From: Botryllus schlosseri
Taxonomy: Eukaryota
Assembly (NCBI GenBank): GCA_051294905.1
Contig: CM119372.1
Span: 18,478,001-18,542,000, forward strand
Direction of reading: 5' to 3'
Length of the DNA: 64,000 bases
How positions within the stretch are numbered: position 1 is the first letter of the stretch; every line of letters begins with the position of its first letter. The notes below the pieces were generated by a model. The model did not search any database, was not told where the DNA came from, and saw only the letters and a program-made list of their open reading frames with translations. The position numbers and the translations under genes were made by a program. This document shows, one piece after another, positions 36,234-49,444 of this stretch.

Positions 36234-38037
36234 CAGGGTTGTAATGACTCGAGTCGCGATTTTTCAGTGACTCGATTTGACTCGAGTCAATCTCGCAAAT
36301 GCGTAAAATGACTCGACTCGACTCGAGTCAACTTTTGTATTGACTCGACTTGTACTCAAGTCATTGTGCATGACTTGAACCAAGTCATTGACTCGAGACT
36401 AGGACATCCAAAACAGACAATTCATTGAAATTTTGAAGATTAAAAGGTTAACACATCATTGGTATTTCGTCCATCAGTCCTGATACATGGAATATAGGAC
36501 TATAATCTGTCAAGACGGAGGAAAATTGCTATATTACTAAATCGAGCCATTCTATATCAGTCAAGCACAGTTGAAAAAAGTGGGTTGAACCGGCTTAAAC
36601 TGAAAAGTGAACCGTGAACATAATGACTTGGACTCGGACTCGAGTCAAAACACCATGACTCGGACTCGACCCTCTACTACAGTGGTTCCAAACCTTTTTA
36701 CACTCACGTACCATTTCGAGGTTTTATGCAGTGCTCGCGTACCACCTACATAAGTTACGCGCGCCGAAGGCAGTCAAAATGTTTCCAACGCTATGAGCTG
36801 CCCAAGGCAGCGAAACAGAAAATAAACTGCCCATTTTAAGGCGCAGTACATGATTTAGTGCAGAGGTTGGTAACGTTTTTGCTAATCACGGCCGCCGATT
36901 ACTTATGTAGCCTACGGCCGCATTCTCGGGTAAAGCCGTAATGAACTAACTGGACGCAAAATACCTATGGCAAACTGTCCATTTCCGGTGAACTCTGGGC
37001 TATTCTACTTTTCATATCGCCATATTATACGCACCGAACTCGCGATTGGTAATGTTATGAACAGTCACTGGGACTGGGTATGGTCGCACGAAGCGTGACA
37101 ATTTCTCAGTTTCAGGAATGGATTCCGTCATTAATAGTAGCAGAGCAGTATCACATATTACTGTCAAATATTTATCCTTTTTCAAACCACGTGATCAGAT
37201 TCACCGGTAAAATTGATAGAGGTATTGTTTTCGAAAATATAGGTATATAAATGCATCTTCAGGTGGGCCAATCGTTGTTTGTAACTTTGTTACATGCTGT
37301 TATTTCTTGACTCCCCACCAGGATTATCGGTATAGTGAAAATATATTGGAATCGCCCAAATGTACCAAAAACAAATTTCTGTCGTGAGAAGCACACGATT
37401 CCTATTCCGGCTCAGATTGCAAAGGGCGCCACTATATCAAAATCGAAAAACGAAGCTGCATTGAATCGCGCGAAGCGCGAAGAAAATTTCTAGATTAATT
37501 CAAATCTCTCGAAAATTCGGAAGTGAATTCGTAATTTCAATTTGCATGTTGTCGACGGCCGTCAACACATACTAATTAAATTACGTGCCGACGGCCGCAG
37601 GTTGCCCACACCTGCTTTATAGTGGATCCATTTAAAAGTTTTGTGGTCAAATATATTTGAACGGAATTTTGTTAGGTAAGAATCCCAATGCTTTACGACT
37701 AGATCCCTTCCCCGTAGGCCATCATTGGTGGGATTGCCACTACCCACGACGACGACCTTACCACGACGGCTTTAGAAAACTCAAATTCAACCCCGCCTGA
37801 ACTAATAACTCCCTTCGGTCGAAAAATTAACAGAATCTACTCGCGTACCACCTGGAAGACCTTCGCCTACCACTAGTGGTACGCGTACCACAGGTTGGGA
37901 ACCACTGCTCTACTAGATGACTTGGACTCGGACTTGACTCGGTGGTGAATTGAAAATGACTCGACTTGACTCGAGTCAAAACTATAAAAGTGAGATTGAC
38001 TTGTGACTCGGAACCTTGTGACTTGGTTATAACCCTG
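36234..38037. mobile_element. MITE, CAGGGTTGTAA/GACTC family, interrupted by 36680-37907
   Basis: Perfect TSD TCGCGATC; itself lies inside a degenerate CGGTGGTTTCCAACC..GGTTCAGAACGACTG element at 36071-38087. Confidence 0.92.
36680..37907. mobile_element. hAT MITE with CGTACCAC subterminal repeats
   Basis: Perfect TSD CTCTACTA; ends shared with 34315-35979. Confidence 0.93.
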
Positions 38038-38515
38038 TCGCGATCTCCAGAATAAAGGCAAACGACTCCCCAGGTTCAGAACGACTGTATTTGACTAAGC
38101 TATAAAGCATCCAAACGGCCTTAACCAACTCTAGGAATTTTCAGTTATCTTATAATTGAGATTGCAAGACGTATTTCAGCAAATGACGGTTATTTTTATT
38201 TATTTTTGATTCCTTTATTTTGGGTAGGTGGTGCATGGATCCCATAATAATATTAATATACGTATTACTAAATCGCGCACAGCGCTAAGAAAAATTTCAC
38301 ATAGCATAAATCTGCTTAAATATACCCTACTTCAAGTCTTCAAAATTCCGGACATTTAGGCATATTTTAGAATTTCCTCTCGGACGCAGTTTTTACAGTG
38401 AAATTCCGGGCGTATGGCAACCCTGAGGAGCATCATTATACCATTTCAAGGTGGCTCAAGGTTGTAATGAATCGGCCCGCGTCGCTTTTTTTGTGACTCG
38501 AACATGGCTAGCGAC

Positions 38516-39010
38516 TAGGGTTGTGTTTAAAACAAAAATCAATTAAAAAAAAAACAAGTTTAAAACATGTGTTTTATTGTATTTTTTAAGCACTGATGCC
38601 ACGAATATTCAATTATGACGTCAAAATGGATTGTCATTGCCAATTGTAAATATACTTTCTTTGTAGAGATAGGCTTCCAGCCCCTGTCATATACGGACAA
38701 AAAATATTTTTAACCAGGACTACATCGTCATGCGACATTTTTACGGTCGGCGGTCATAATCATCAGGACTTGCATTCCGCACCAATGATCTGATTATTTC
38801 GCGGGCTCCAACCATCCCATATCGTATACGTGAGCTATATTGGATAGTAATCGTCCGTAGGCCCATAGAGCATGTTTTTGGAAAGTATTTACACTTATGG
38901 CATAATTATTATACAATTTGAAAAAAATTAATTCCTTTGTTTAAAACGCTGTTTAAAACACGTTTCCAACAAAGTATTTTAAACAACCATTTGTTTTAAA
39001 TGCAAGCTTA
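38516..39010. mobile_element. MITE, TAGGG.TG..TTTAAAAC family
   Basis: TTTAAAAC repeats at both ends; TSD CTAGCGAC / TTCGCGAC; homologous to 42910-43559. Confidence 0.82.
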
Positions 39011-39107
39011 TTCGCGACAATAAACTACGACTTGACCCGGATATGTTGTACCATCATTCGAACCTGGAATCGGAACTCTGTTCTTATACCATGACTTAGA
39101 GTTAGAC

Positions 39108-39434
39108 CAGTGGTTTCCAACCTTTTTCGACTCATCGCCCCCTTTTCAAGCTCAACGGCGATCATCGCTCCCCTGATTGTGTTAACCGAAAAATTGGTAT
39201 ACAGTCTGTAATCATCGGCGGGTTGACTAAAAAAAAAAGGTCATTTCTCCGAAGAGACTCCAATAGAGCAGTTTTAACGTGTCATCGCCCCCCTATCGCC
39301 CCCTTCGCTATTTTCGCCCCCTGTCGCCCCCTTTGTCCATTTTCGCCCCCCTATCGCTCCCTTCGTCATTTTCGCCCCCCTAGGCCGCCAAATCTCCCCC
39401 TGGGGGGCGATATCGCCCACGTTGGGAACCACTG
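39108..39434. mobile_element. hAT MITE with TCGCCCC repeats
   Basis: CAGTGGTTTCCAAC / GTTGGGAACCACTG ends; perfect TSD AGTTAGAC. Confidence 0.92.
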
Positions 39435-41053
39435 AGTTAGACTTACCTCGATGACGCTGTACAACGTCAATGTGATTCGACTCCAAAGTTAAATTTTGAG
39501 CATGACGTGCGACTCGAAACCTCGGGATTTCGCTATATCCTTGGAGTAGCTAGAGTACTTGAAGTGCCTTGTTCCAAAGTTAAATTTTGTAATGGCCATT
39601 CCATAGTAAGTTTTGTCACAATCACAATACATATAATATACAATAATACTCGAGTTACCATATATTGGGAATCTGAAAAGACGACACTTTTTCAAAATTT
39701 TCAGACTTAGAATACTGGAGTAAAATCCTGAAAAAATAGTATTTTTTTCCGACTTCGTGGTCAGTTGACTAAACGAAAGGTCATCTTTCCAAATCAAATC
39801 CCGAATTACCGGCTTTCTATGGGGTTTTCCGTTGGTTGACTAAAAATAGGTCATTTTTCTGGCTCAAGTCCCGAAAACCACGTCGCACCGTTACTTGGCC
39901 ACTGATTTCCTATATCTTGACCAAAATTCTCAAAGAGGTCGTTTATAGGCGTCCTCCGAGAACACTTTCAAAAAAGTAAAAAAATAGAACAAATCCTCTA
40001 AGACAGTGGTCGGGAACCTATGGCTCGCGAGCCATATATGGCTCTTTCGGCTATAAGATATGACTCTTTGACATATTTTTAATTTTTTAAATAATTTGAT
40101 TGATATTGCATGAACTTGCTATAAATTTTCTTAACGGGCAGCATAAACATGTATTTGACAGGTCAAGGCAGTGGCGTATCCAGGATTAAGGGCTCGGACC
40201 CTTTACAAAATCCTCACATTTACGTTGCTGTAGCGCCAGCGACCAATATCCCGCGAATTCCATGTACCCGGACTCACGCGATGCGTAATCTTGGATTGCG
40301 CCTTACGATGGTTGATCAAGAGAATAGCAGACACAGGGACGCCTATATGACAATCTGGTTTTCAAATACACATTGTCTTCCTGATCTACGCCGAGAGATG
40401 AACTGCCTTGGAAGTAACAGTCTGATTACAAATCCAAATTACAAACAACGCTTCGCTATCCAAGTCCAAATCGATAAGTAGCCTTCTAGTACTGCCGTTA
40501 AAATGTAGAAGTGTAGTGCAACGTTCATGTTACCGCCGAATTGAGAAGTCGATCACTATTTATTTTCGGAATCAGTGCTATAGTTATATTAAATTAATAT
40601 CAGTTATTATAAATTCAGAGCTATTTGCGATGAATTGCGCTATCGCAGGATGAGTATTGAGTAGCCTACGAGTTTTCACAGATCAAATATGACGCCTGCG
40701 ACGAATCCCATGTAGTTAGTTCGAATTAGTACTACCGTGACGTCACGAATTTTCAATTGTGACGTAACAATTGATTGACATGCATGGCTCTTTGGGAGTT
40801 AAAATGGAAAATAATTCGTATAATTCGTCAAAATTATGAGATATAGACGCCATGCCAGAGGACAAATGCATCATGTCATCATAGCATCTGTCGCGTTATA
40901 ATTTTGCAGCTAGTAGACATTTGACGTGCTACAAGCTACAAGTATACAATATTCGATAATTTAACAAAAATAGATGTGATACGCTCATACCACAGTATTT
41001 GAGCAGTGTAGCCTTGAGGTTCGGGTATAGTTAGCTATTGAATGGGGTTACAA

Positions 41054-41226
41054 CAATGTTCCCTACAATTTTTGACGAGTCTGCGCACACTCACAATCTC
41101 ACTGCGCAGACCCTCGGACAGCAGTGCGTAACGACTAAAAAAAGGTCATCACTTCGGATTTTCTGTGCGCAGAGACCATGTCATCACTGCGCATTTGCAC
41201 ACGTGCGCAGCTTGGAGCGAACATTG
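41054..41226. mobile_element. Small MITE, CAATGTTCC family, reverse orientation
   Basis: Reverse homolog of 21182; flanks GTTACAA / GCTACAA. Confidence 0.82.
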
Positions 41227-42006
41227 GCTACAATGCACGACCAAAACTTTGCGCAACTAGCCTAGGACTCAATCCCTTAAAATTGCAGTCGCAAAGTCTA
41301 CTTTGTCGCAGTTCCTTGCCAGGTGTCATTTTAAATACAGCGCATCACTTCATGTAGTTTCACACCAGTCAATTCGCACAGTCTTGTCGTTGGTAGCCTA
41401 ATCCAATGACTAATTACAACGACTGTTTTATTGACTCTCCCTATGTCACGGTGAGATGTCAGGTGCGTCTGTTCGTTCCTATTGTAGTGCATTGTTTACC
41501 TCGTACGATACTCGCGAAAATGAAAACATGTCGTATCGACTGAACAAACAAGATCCACAAATTTCTATTGTATGGATCGCGGAATGTTTTTATTGAATGT
41601 CACTTATAGTCGCTAGCTCCTCCCAGATATGGACTAAATGTCCTGACAAAATAATGAATCAAAGGATTAATACCCTAATGGACATAATTTTGTAAAGCTC
41701 GATTATTGTTTCACTTGTTGAGAAAGCATACTTACATATGTAGACTAGCGGCGTTATATACCACAAGGTGAAGAGTACGCTGGCCCTTACAAGCCCTCGG
41801 GTCCAATGGCATAGGCTGTGTGGCGAGATAAAGTTTGTTCAAGTTTACGAATGTCGATGAGATAGTTAAGACCCACTATTGACTGAGACCCTAATATTTC
41901 ATGCGCAGTAAACGACGACTTGGCATCGTGGATATCGAACCTATTGCATGAGACAGCAGTTTAGCTAGTCAGGCCTGTCTGTCTTCTTGTCGCCACGTGT
42001 GTGTAC

Positions 42007-42544
42007 CAGTGATGAGCGTCGGAGCGGAGTCGGAGTGGATTCGGAGCGGAGTTTTGCCGATTTTGTGACAGTCGGAGCGAAGTCGCAGTATACTACAGAT
42101 ATTTTTTCGGAGAATTTCGGAGCATTGTAACTTTTGTCTCCGATATCTTTCGATAGCTCTGCCAAGAATACACTATTGATTATGATTACAAACCAAAGCA
42201 CAGACAGTTGACACCTTGTAAAGTTGTAATATGACAGGTTACCTGCAAAAATGATTGCCAAGTACATAAAAATCAGCCATCTGCACTGCAATTGGGGACT
42301 GGAGAGTAGACAATACTATGAGGCCAATCATATTATCATATTAATTTAGTAAAATACATTACCAAGTGTACCATGCTTGCCACTGTTTCGGATACTTGAC
42401 GAGATTCGTCGGAGCATAGTTTCCTATAGTCGGAGTATCTCGGAGTCTGGGATTGAGCTGTTCGGAGTCGGAGGGAGTTTTCCTCAGACACTAAAGTTGT
42501 CGGAGGGATTCGGAGTCTCGAAAAGCACTATCCGTTCATCACTG
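42007..42544. mobile_element. MITE CAGTGATGA family with CGGAG repeats
   Basis: TIR CAGTGATGA / TCATCACTG; perfect TSD GTGTGTAC. Confidence 0.92.
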
Positions 42545-42909
42545 GTGTGTACTGTGTAATGCGCAGTGTGCAGTCCAGTCGAGCGGCCGATTTTAAGAGT
42601 TGCAATTCTCGCAAATACTTACTACGCGCAGAAGCCAACTCATAATTTTAACACTGGCATTCCGTCACTGACTTTAATTATGACATTCTGCTGGTCTAAA
42701 TAATCCTGAGAGTCCGATGTAAGATTGTAAGGCGGTGGCCACGCAACTTGTGCGCCCTCTTATAAATACCACTCATCTACGTACGAAAGGTCAGTCGGAC
42801 AATTGGATGCTCCCTGATCGGCCGCTGTGACAAGTGTTCGCCCGATCCAGATGAAACGTGTCAAACTTCCAAGCTTATTTGAAAGTCAACGTGACTTCAT
42901 TGTTATATT

Positions 42910-43559
42910 TAGGGCTGCATTTAAAACAAACATGTTTAAAACAAGGCCCTTGTTTAAAACATCCTTTTTATTGTTTTTTGTTTTTGTTTTTTAAAGCCAT
43001 GACGTGACGAATACTCAATTGTGACGTCATAGTGGCTTGTTATTGACAATTGAAAATATAGGGTAAAGATAGCTCTTTTGACGAAATATCTGTACTATTG
43101 CTTTTGAACCGACTATTTTGAGGGTTCCGACCATCCCATAACGATATACATCTGCTATATCGGGTGGTATTTGTCCGTAGGCTTATACAACATGTTTTTT
43201 ATTGTTTTTTTTCTCAAGCCATGACCTCACGACCATTCAATTGTGGCGTCATAGTTGATTGACATTGACAATTGAAAATACAGGGTAAATATAGCTCGTT
43301 TGACGAAATATCTGTACTATTGCTGTTGAACCGACTGTTTTGAGGGTTCCAACCATCCCATATCGATATACATCGGCTATATCGGGTGGTAATTGTCCGT
43401 TGGCTCATACAACATGTTTTTGAAAGTATTTACACAATTATGCCATAATTTTACAACTTAACAACACAATTTTTTTTAAAGGCATTTGTTTAAAACGCTG
43501 TTTAAAACATGTTTTAAACAAAGTGTTTTAAAACACCGTTTGTTTTAAATACAACCCTA
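42910..43559. mobile_element. MITE, TAGGG/TTTAAAAC family with an internal tandem duplication of about 220 bp
   Basis: Perfect TSD GTTATATT; 42995-43215 repeats at 43216-43420. Confidence 0.92.
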
Positions 43560-45181
43560 GTTATATTAGAATGATTAATTCTCACTTTGATATCTCAAGC
43601 AGACCACTAATTTAGCTAGGGTCCCCGAATCTTTGAGAAGTAACTCAACAAAAAAGAGAGGAGAATAAGACCGCCCGTGTTCATTTGCTGGAATTGAATC
43701 CCGAATTAAGGATTTAGTGGCAAGGAATCACTGACAACTTTCCAGACGTGATCAAAGCAGTCATCTATTCAAGAAGAAGTAGAGGTAACGCTCTAAATTC
43801 CTACTAAGTTGCAAGTAGTAGTAATTTCCAAGATCGTCAAACTACTTCAAGTGGAAGTATAAAATAAAAGATATGAAAAGTACTCAAGTAAATAGTTTTG
43901 AAAAGTAGATACTGTCGAGGGTTCGTATACTTTTAGCAGTTAATCGGTGGATACTTTCAAAATTGCAAGATGTATCTTTGCGATATCGCGCTAAATGACG
44001 AAGAATGACGCTATTTAAATATAGGTAAAATGTTAGAAAATATACTTAACAGTTACTGTGATGACGATTTCACGCGGCTCTTATGAGGATCTCACATATA
44101 ATAGTGATACAAAATTTTCCCAAAACCACTTTCTACTTTGCTGGATCCAAAGTAGGTGAGTTGTCTAAAATATTGTTCAGACAGACGTGGAAGAGGTCTA
44201 AAAACATGTATTGCAAGTATGCAAGTATTGCAAGTAGGCAAAATCCACTTAAATACCAAAGTATAAGTTATAATGTAATGAGTAGTAAGTACACCCATTT
44301 GATTCTAGTCTTCAGTCAGATTTAGGGGGCGTGTAGAAAAGTACTGTTAATTGAGGGCGCGCTAAGGAGAAAAAGTCACTGCAGTAGTCAGTTGTACTCA
44401 GCTGCGAGAGTCCAAAATCGACATGTAGAGCGGGGATACAACAAACACAGAGGGATATCCTGGACAACGCATTTTGGTATACAATAGGACGCAGTGTTAT
44501 TCTCCAACGGTACTTTTCCGACTCCAGTATAGTTTCAATCAACTTAACTGAAAAGTTTCTATTTCTTTCAAAAAATAGAATTGATAACATAATGTATCCA
44601 GAAAAGTACCTTTTCCAACTTTTCGTCGTAAGACTGTAACTTTTACCAATATTGCCTGGCATTTAGTTTGAGAGGTGGAAGGTTATTTCGTGGCAGGGAG
44701 CAGTATGATATTAACACAGCCCGGTCTTCTCAGTTCATTGTTTTGTAGAGAATTTAGTCCATATCATAGTGCAGGCTCATGTTCGGAGATACAACGGACA
44801 TAGTGTCCAATGTACCCTCGGATGGCGGGGGAATCAAAAGAAAACATGAAAATATGCATATTGAAATGGTACAAACAGAACTATATTTATAATTCATAAT
44901 TCTACTATAAACTTTCGCGCTGTACGAGTTTCCCAATCGGTGGAAATTCCTTACCGCATTTTCACAACAGTAGTATATAGGCTACTCTCGAGCATAATGT
45001 GTGAGCCGACGGTTATTAATTGATAAGTTTCCCCTTTGCACTTGCTGATTTCGTATGGAAACTACTGTTTATTCCGGAATTATAATTTTATTCCTGCAAC
45101 TACTAAAAAGCCTGCGTGATGGAAACGGCTTGTCATTGTCCATACGTTTCGACTGGTCGTAGAGCGCCCTATAGTTTAGAT

Positions 45182-46521
45182 CAGGGGTGGGCAATTATTT
45201 TCCTTCTCGGGCCAAATGAGAAGTAGAAAATACGTTGGCGGGCCGAGTGAAAAATTTTAGCTATATTCCCAAGCGTATTTTAATTTTATTTCTAAATTGC
45301 ATTGCTTATAAATGTTGCTCAGTGAATGTGTTGATGTTTGGTAATGAGAAAGTGACGTTAAATTCAAAAATATGTATTCGCTGTCATGATTCGAAACAAT
45401 GTTATACATTATACATCTTTAACTTTCTGTAAATCCCTATCCACGTTCTTCTATTAAGACTCTGAAACAGTGGCTCTGAAACTTTTTTAGGCACGGAGAC
45501 CTTATCATGATATCACAAAATATTAAAAAGATGCAACCAGAATGCTAGCATAATCCCAACGGATAGTTTGATGGTATGGAAGGTTATGGCTGTTGATGAG
45601 AGAGCTCTGAAATATAAAAGTTGGACAATATACGGAGCAATAACTGTAAGCTGGGGGCTAATCGCGCCGGGCGCGCAATTTTTTTTCAATAAACTTCGGC
45701 TTGGCGCCCCCCTTCTGATGCTTTCACGCCCCCAGTTTGAGAACCACAGTACTGAAATGTATAATTGTATATGCAATGGTACAAAGCTTATTTTCTTAGT
45801 CGCTGCCTTATCCGAACAGAATTGCAGCCTAAATAAATAGCCTTGATGTTGAGCGAAGCTTGCAGTTTTTCTGAACTTCGCTGTCCCTTGACCGAGTGTT
45901 CCGTGTTTTTGTCATAGAACCAACTTTAATTAAGATCCTTAATCTCTGCGTGATGCTCGGCAAAAACTAAAAGGACGGGTTTACCCCCGACTCAAGTTTA
46001 TAAATATTTAAGTCTAAATCTTCTTTAAATTTCAGTTTTCGGCTTTCATTTTTTGGCATGCCCGTTTATCCTTTATGGATGATAAATATGATGAGACATA
46101 TAGTGATCGCGAGCACTGATTGACTGGCTTGTTTCATGAATTAGGGATTTGGAAACGTATCATGTAACAATTTGAAACGCATACCATATAATGCGCAATG
46201 TGACAATGGCAACAAAGAAGGTTTAAAAAAACTAAACGGTATGGAAAGAGTGATTTCGTGTGACTTTAATTGCTACTCATACTTTGCCACATGCCTTTAT
46301 TTTGAATCTGGATTACGCATGCGAGGTAGGCCTACGTAGACAGCGTAATCGTGGCATATTAATTACCAGGTTTCAAAATAAACGAATTTCCTCTATAGTT
46401 GATAGTTTGATACAACCTATGGTTTCAGTCATTCACGAAGCAAGTTTTATGTTTTGAATTCCAAGCAACTTTTCGCGGGCCGCACAAAATAGCCTCGCGG
46501 GCCGCACTTTGCCCAGGTCTG
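45182..46521. mobile_element. hAT MITE CAGGGGTGGGCAA (GCGGGCC repeats) with a nested ~280-bp MITE at 45468-45749
   Basis: Ends CAGGGGTGGGCAA / TTGCCCAGGTCTG; perfect TSD GTTTAGAT. Confidence 0.9.
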
Positions 46522-47292
46522 GTTTAGATAAAGATCTTGATCACCACTGTAAAACATAGTTGGATATTTCCCGGGTAAAATTCGGCCAAAGGAGGGGGTT
46601 AGAAGTGTCAAATATGAATTTGCAGGAGACAGTTTACTTACAACACATGCCAATTTAGTCCGAATACACGACTGGATCACGCCGGAATTCAAGCCTTAAT
46701 AACATGAACCGATGTAACCTATACAGTATACACGGATCAATTTAATTACTCAAAATCATTACCCGCCCTTGACACGGTAGACTGGACTTTGAAGGGGCAC
46801 TTCAGTCCCCGTAGTGCTGGACAAGTGACATAGCTTTTTGATATCTCACACGGTCGAAACCTCAGTGATATAATCCACTATCAAACACACAAAATTAAAA
46901 ATAGGCACCGAAAAATTGGTATAAATGCACATGGCGTATATTCGTGACTATAGCCCACACCGAAAATGTACGAGCAAGCTTGTCACCAGTGGTAAAACAA
47001 CTCTCATCGTAATGAATGGTGACGAGATTGCGACTGTTATGTTTCCGCGTCGCCGTGAATGGCATAGCTCGAACCCGATTGTTCGTATCGTCAATAGCTG
47101 ATACGATTCGTTTCAATAACTGATTACTATAGTACAGCCTGCCATATACGCGCTATCGCCCGAGGCTATATTGTTCTACCTAACGTAGCCAGAAATTCGA
47201 CTTGATTAGCCGGTCTGAAGCTACGCAGTCATTATTGCTCGTGACATTTCGTCGAGTTTAGGCAGCGGGTAAGGTTCGGAAAAACAGCCAGC

Positions 47293-48180
47293 ATGAACGG
47301 GAGTATGATGGACGAAGAGAAACTGATGCGAGGAGACCAGACCTCGTTCTACAGTCTGATGAGGAAGAAATGCATCAATCAAAAAGAGTTCAGCGACGTG
47401 ACCTTTTCTGTCGGCGCGCAGAAGCAACACATCACCGCCCATAAATGTATCTTGGCCGGGAGATCAGAGGTGTTCCGCTCAATGTTTGTTCAACAGAGTA
47501 TCCACGCGACGGGCATCGTCGATATTCCGTATCCGCTTCCTGATATCAGGCCAGAAGTCTTCCTCACTACGATGGACTATATGTACACAAACTGTTGCAC
47601 GCTCACTCCGAACTTGGCGCCTGATGTTCTCGCGATGGCCATCGACTACGGCCTGGACGGTTTGCGAAAGTTATGCGTGCGATACATGCTTGACGCTATC
47701 ACCGTCGAATCCGTTTGCAGCATATTGCAGAGTGCCGTAGTTCACGCGCAAGAAGAAGTGCTGCAAAAGGCCTTGGCGTTCATAGAGACGCACACGAAGG
47801 ACGTCTTCGTGACTTCTCAATTCTTGCAGTTGTCGGAGCAAGCCGTTGGTGTTATCTTGCGGAGCGATAACCTAGAAGTCGACGAGCTCGAGATTTTACT
47901 TGCAATTCGCCGGTGGGCTCAGGCTAATCAGGTTGTAAGCGGCAGGCCCATGGGTGTGTTAGCGGCGCCTATCATCAGACTAATACGATTGCCCTTGCTA
48001 TCCGCCGAGGAATTAAGCAAGATAGAAGAAGAGAATAAGGAAGAGCAGATCATCCCGGTGCAACAAATGGCGGAGGCGTGGCGATTCCACGCTTTGAAAG
48101 ACAGCGTTCCCGCGGCGTCAAAGGTCAAGACTAGAAAAGGGACGGAGTCACGGGAGTTTCATAAATTTTTGGCGAACTGA
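47293..48180 (+). CDS. BTBD19: BTB/POZ-BACK domain protein, BTBD19-like, single coding exon, 295 aa
   Basis: BTB motif FSDVTFSVG..AHKCILAGRSEVF and BACK motif FLQLS..LRSDNLEVDELEI..WA..IRLPLL. The N-terminal GDQTSF..M and C-terminal EAWRFHALK...RKGTESREFHKFL match my recollection of vertebrate BTBD19. The start could be the later ATG pair. Confidence 0.9.
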   Translation: MNGSMMDEEKLMRGDQTSFYSLMRKKCINQKEFSDVTFSVGAQKQHITAHKCILAGRSEVFRSMFVQQSIHATGIVDIPYPLPDIRPEVFLTTMDYMYTNCCTLTPNLAPDVLAMAIDYGLDGLRKLCVRYMLDAITVESVCSILQSAVVHAQEEVLQKALAFIETHTKDVFVTSQFLQLSEQAVGVILRSDNLEVDELEILLAIRRWAQANQVVSGRPMGVLAAPIIRLIRLPLLSAEELSKIEEENKEEQIIPVQQMAEAWRFHALKDSVPAASKVKTRKGTESREFHKFLAN

Positions 48181-48275
48181 GAGAAACGCAATGATTCCCG
48201 TAACTTACTGCTGATTGCCATAAGTTGTTCTGTATATATAGTCTTCGCCTGTTTGACTTCGTTTTTACTTCCCAC

Positions 48276-48281
48276 AATAAA
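48276..48281 (+). terminator. Candidate polyadenylation signal of the BTBD19-like gene
   Basis: AATAAA about 95 nt after the stop codon. Confidence 0.5.
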
Positions 48282-48454
48282 CAACATTCCTAACGCATGA
48301 AACGTTTCCCTGTTTTACGACATGGTACTGCACGATTGTGACGATTCGCTTTTTCCTATTCAGTATCGTAAATCAGCCATCTTACAAAAAGGACACTCGG
48401 TTACGAGTTCGTTAGCGACGCGCCTAACTTTATTCGGCTTCATTAAGTACTTCC

Positions 48455-49230
48455 TGCATTCAGACTTGTTCAAACTACTGGACTTTCAAAATGCGCAACT
48501 AGAACTATTCACTTTTCAAAACTCACAACTAGAACTGGAACTACTCGATTTTCAAAATCCAGAACTAGAACTAACAACCTTTGAAAACCCGCTACTAACT
48601 AAAGACACTGATAACTATATCAATAGTTCTTTACTGGCGTTCCCAGACGCCCAAAAATACAAAGTAATGTATTATTGTGTAGTTAGATGCGGTAGATTTT
48701 GGGTTTTGTGACTCAATGAAGATTAGGGGTGCCTCGAAAGCTTGCAGATGTGCGTGATGAATTCAAGGTCATTAAAGATTAAAAATCATACTGAACTAGA
48801 TTTACTTCTCTGATGAAACACATTAATTTTTATATTATTGGAAATATCAGACATAGATTCGACATTTCAAAAAGACGAAGTTTCGAATTTGAAATTGGAG
48901 AGGTTTCCACCCGTTGAACCCACACATTGGCTACGCCACTGTTAGTAATGATGACTCTGAGTTCGCAATGGCTGCAAGAACATCACGCAACAGACCACCG
49001 GTATCACGATTCATGCCAAAAGACGACGCGTGTTCTCTAGCTGTTGGGCAACTATTTTTTTTCAAATATGAAACTACAACTAGAACTACTCACTTTTCAA
49101 AATCTATAACTAAAAGTAGAACTACTTACTTTTCAAAATCCGCTACTAGAACTAGAACTACTTAAAAACCGTTAGTTAATTAGTTGGCCGTCTACTAACT
49201 AAATGGGTAGTTTGTATAATTCTGCCTGCA
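48455..49230. repeat. AACTAGAACTAC-repeat MITE remnant
   Basis: Two arrays of ACTAGAACT(ACT) at 48470-48620 and 49050-49210; termini not resolved. Confidence 0.6.
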
Positions 49231-49444
49231 TTCGCTATTGAGCTCACGTGGGAATGCTTCCACCCTCCATCCACCATGCCTATCGAGATATACGTTACAT
49301 TAAGATGTGTATGTCTGACTTCCAGTAGTTACTACTTGGCGTAGCCAGTCGAGAAAGAAAGGGGGCAGAACTAAATTAAGGGGGCAGAATAAACCTCTCT
49401 GAGTCATATCTTTTGCGACTTATTCGGCACGCTATGGTAATAAC

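Larger units (their letters stand above)
33341..38425. mobile_element. Old TAGGGTTACC/GGCAACCCTG hAT-like MITE expanded by nested insertions
   Basis: TIRs plus ATTCCGGACA subterminal repeats at both ends; approximate TSD CAGTAGCA / GAGGAGCA. Confidence 0.7.

Noticed and set aside
48322..48711. 129-aa ORF with LELLDFQN repeats
   Set aside because: Translation of the ACTAGAACT repeat array of a MITE remnant
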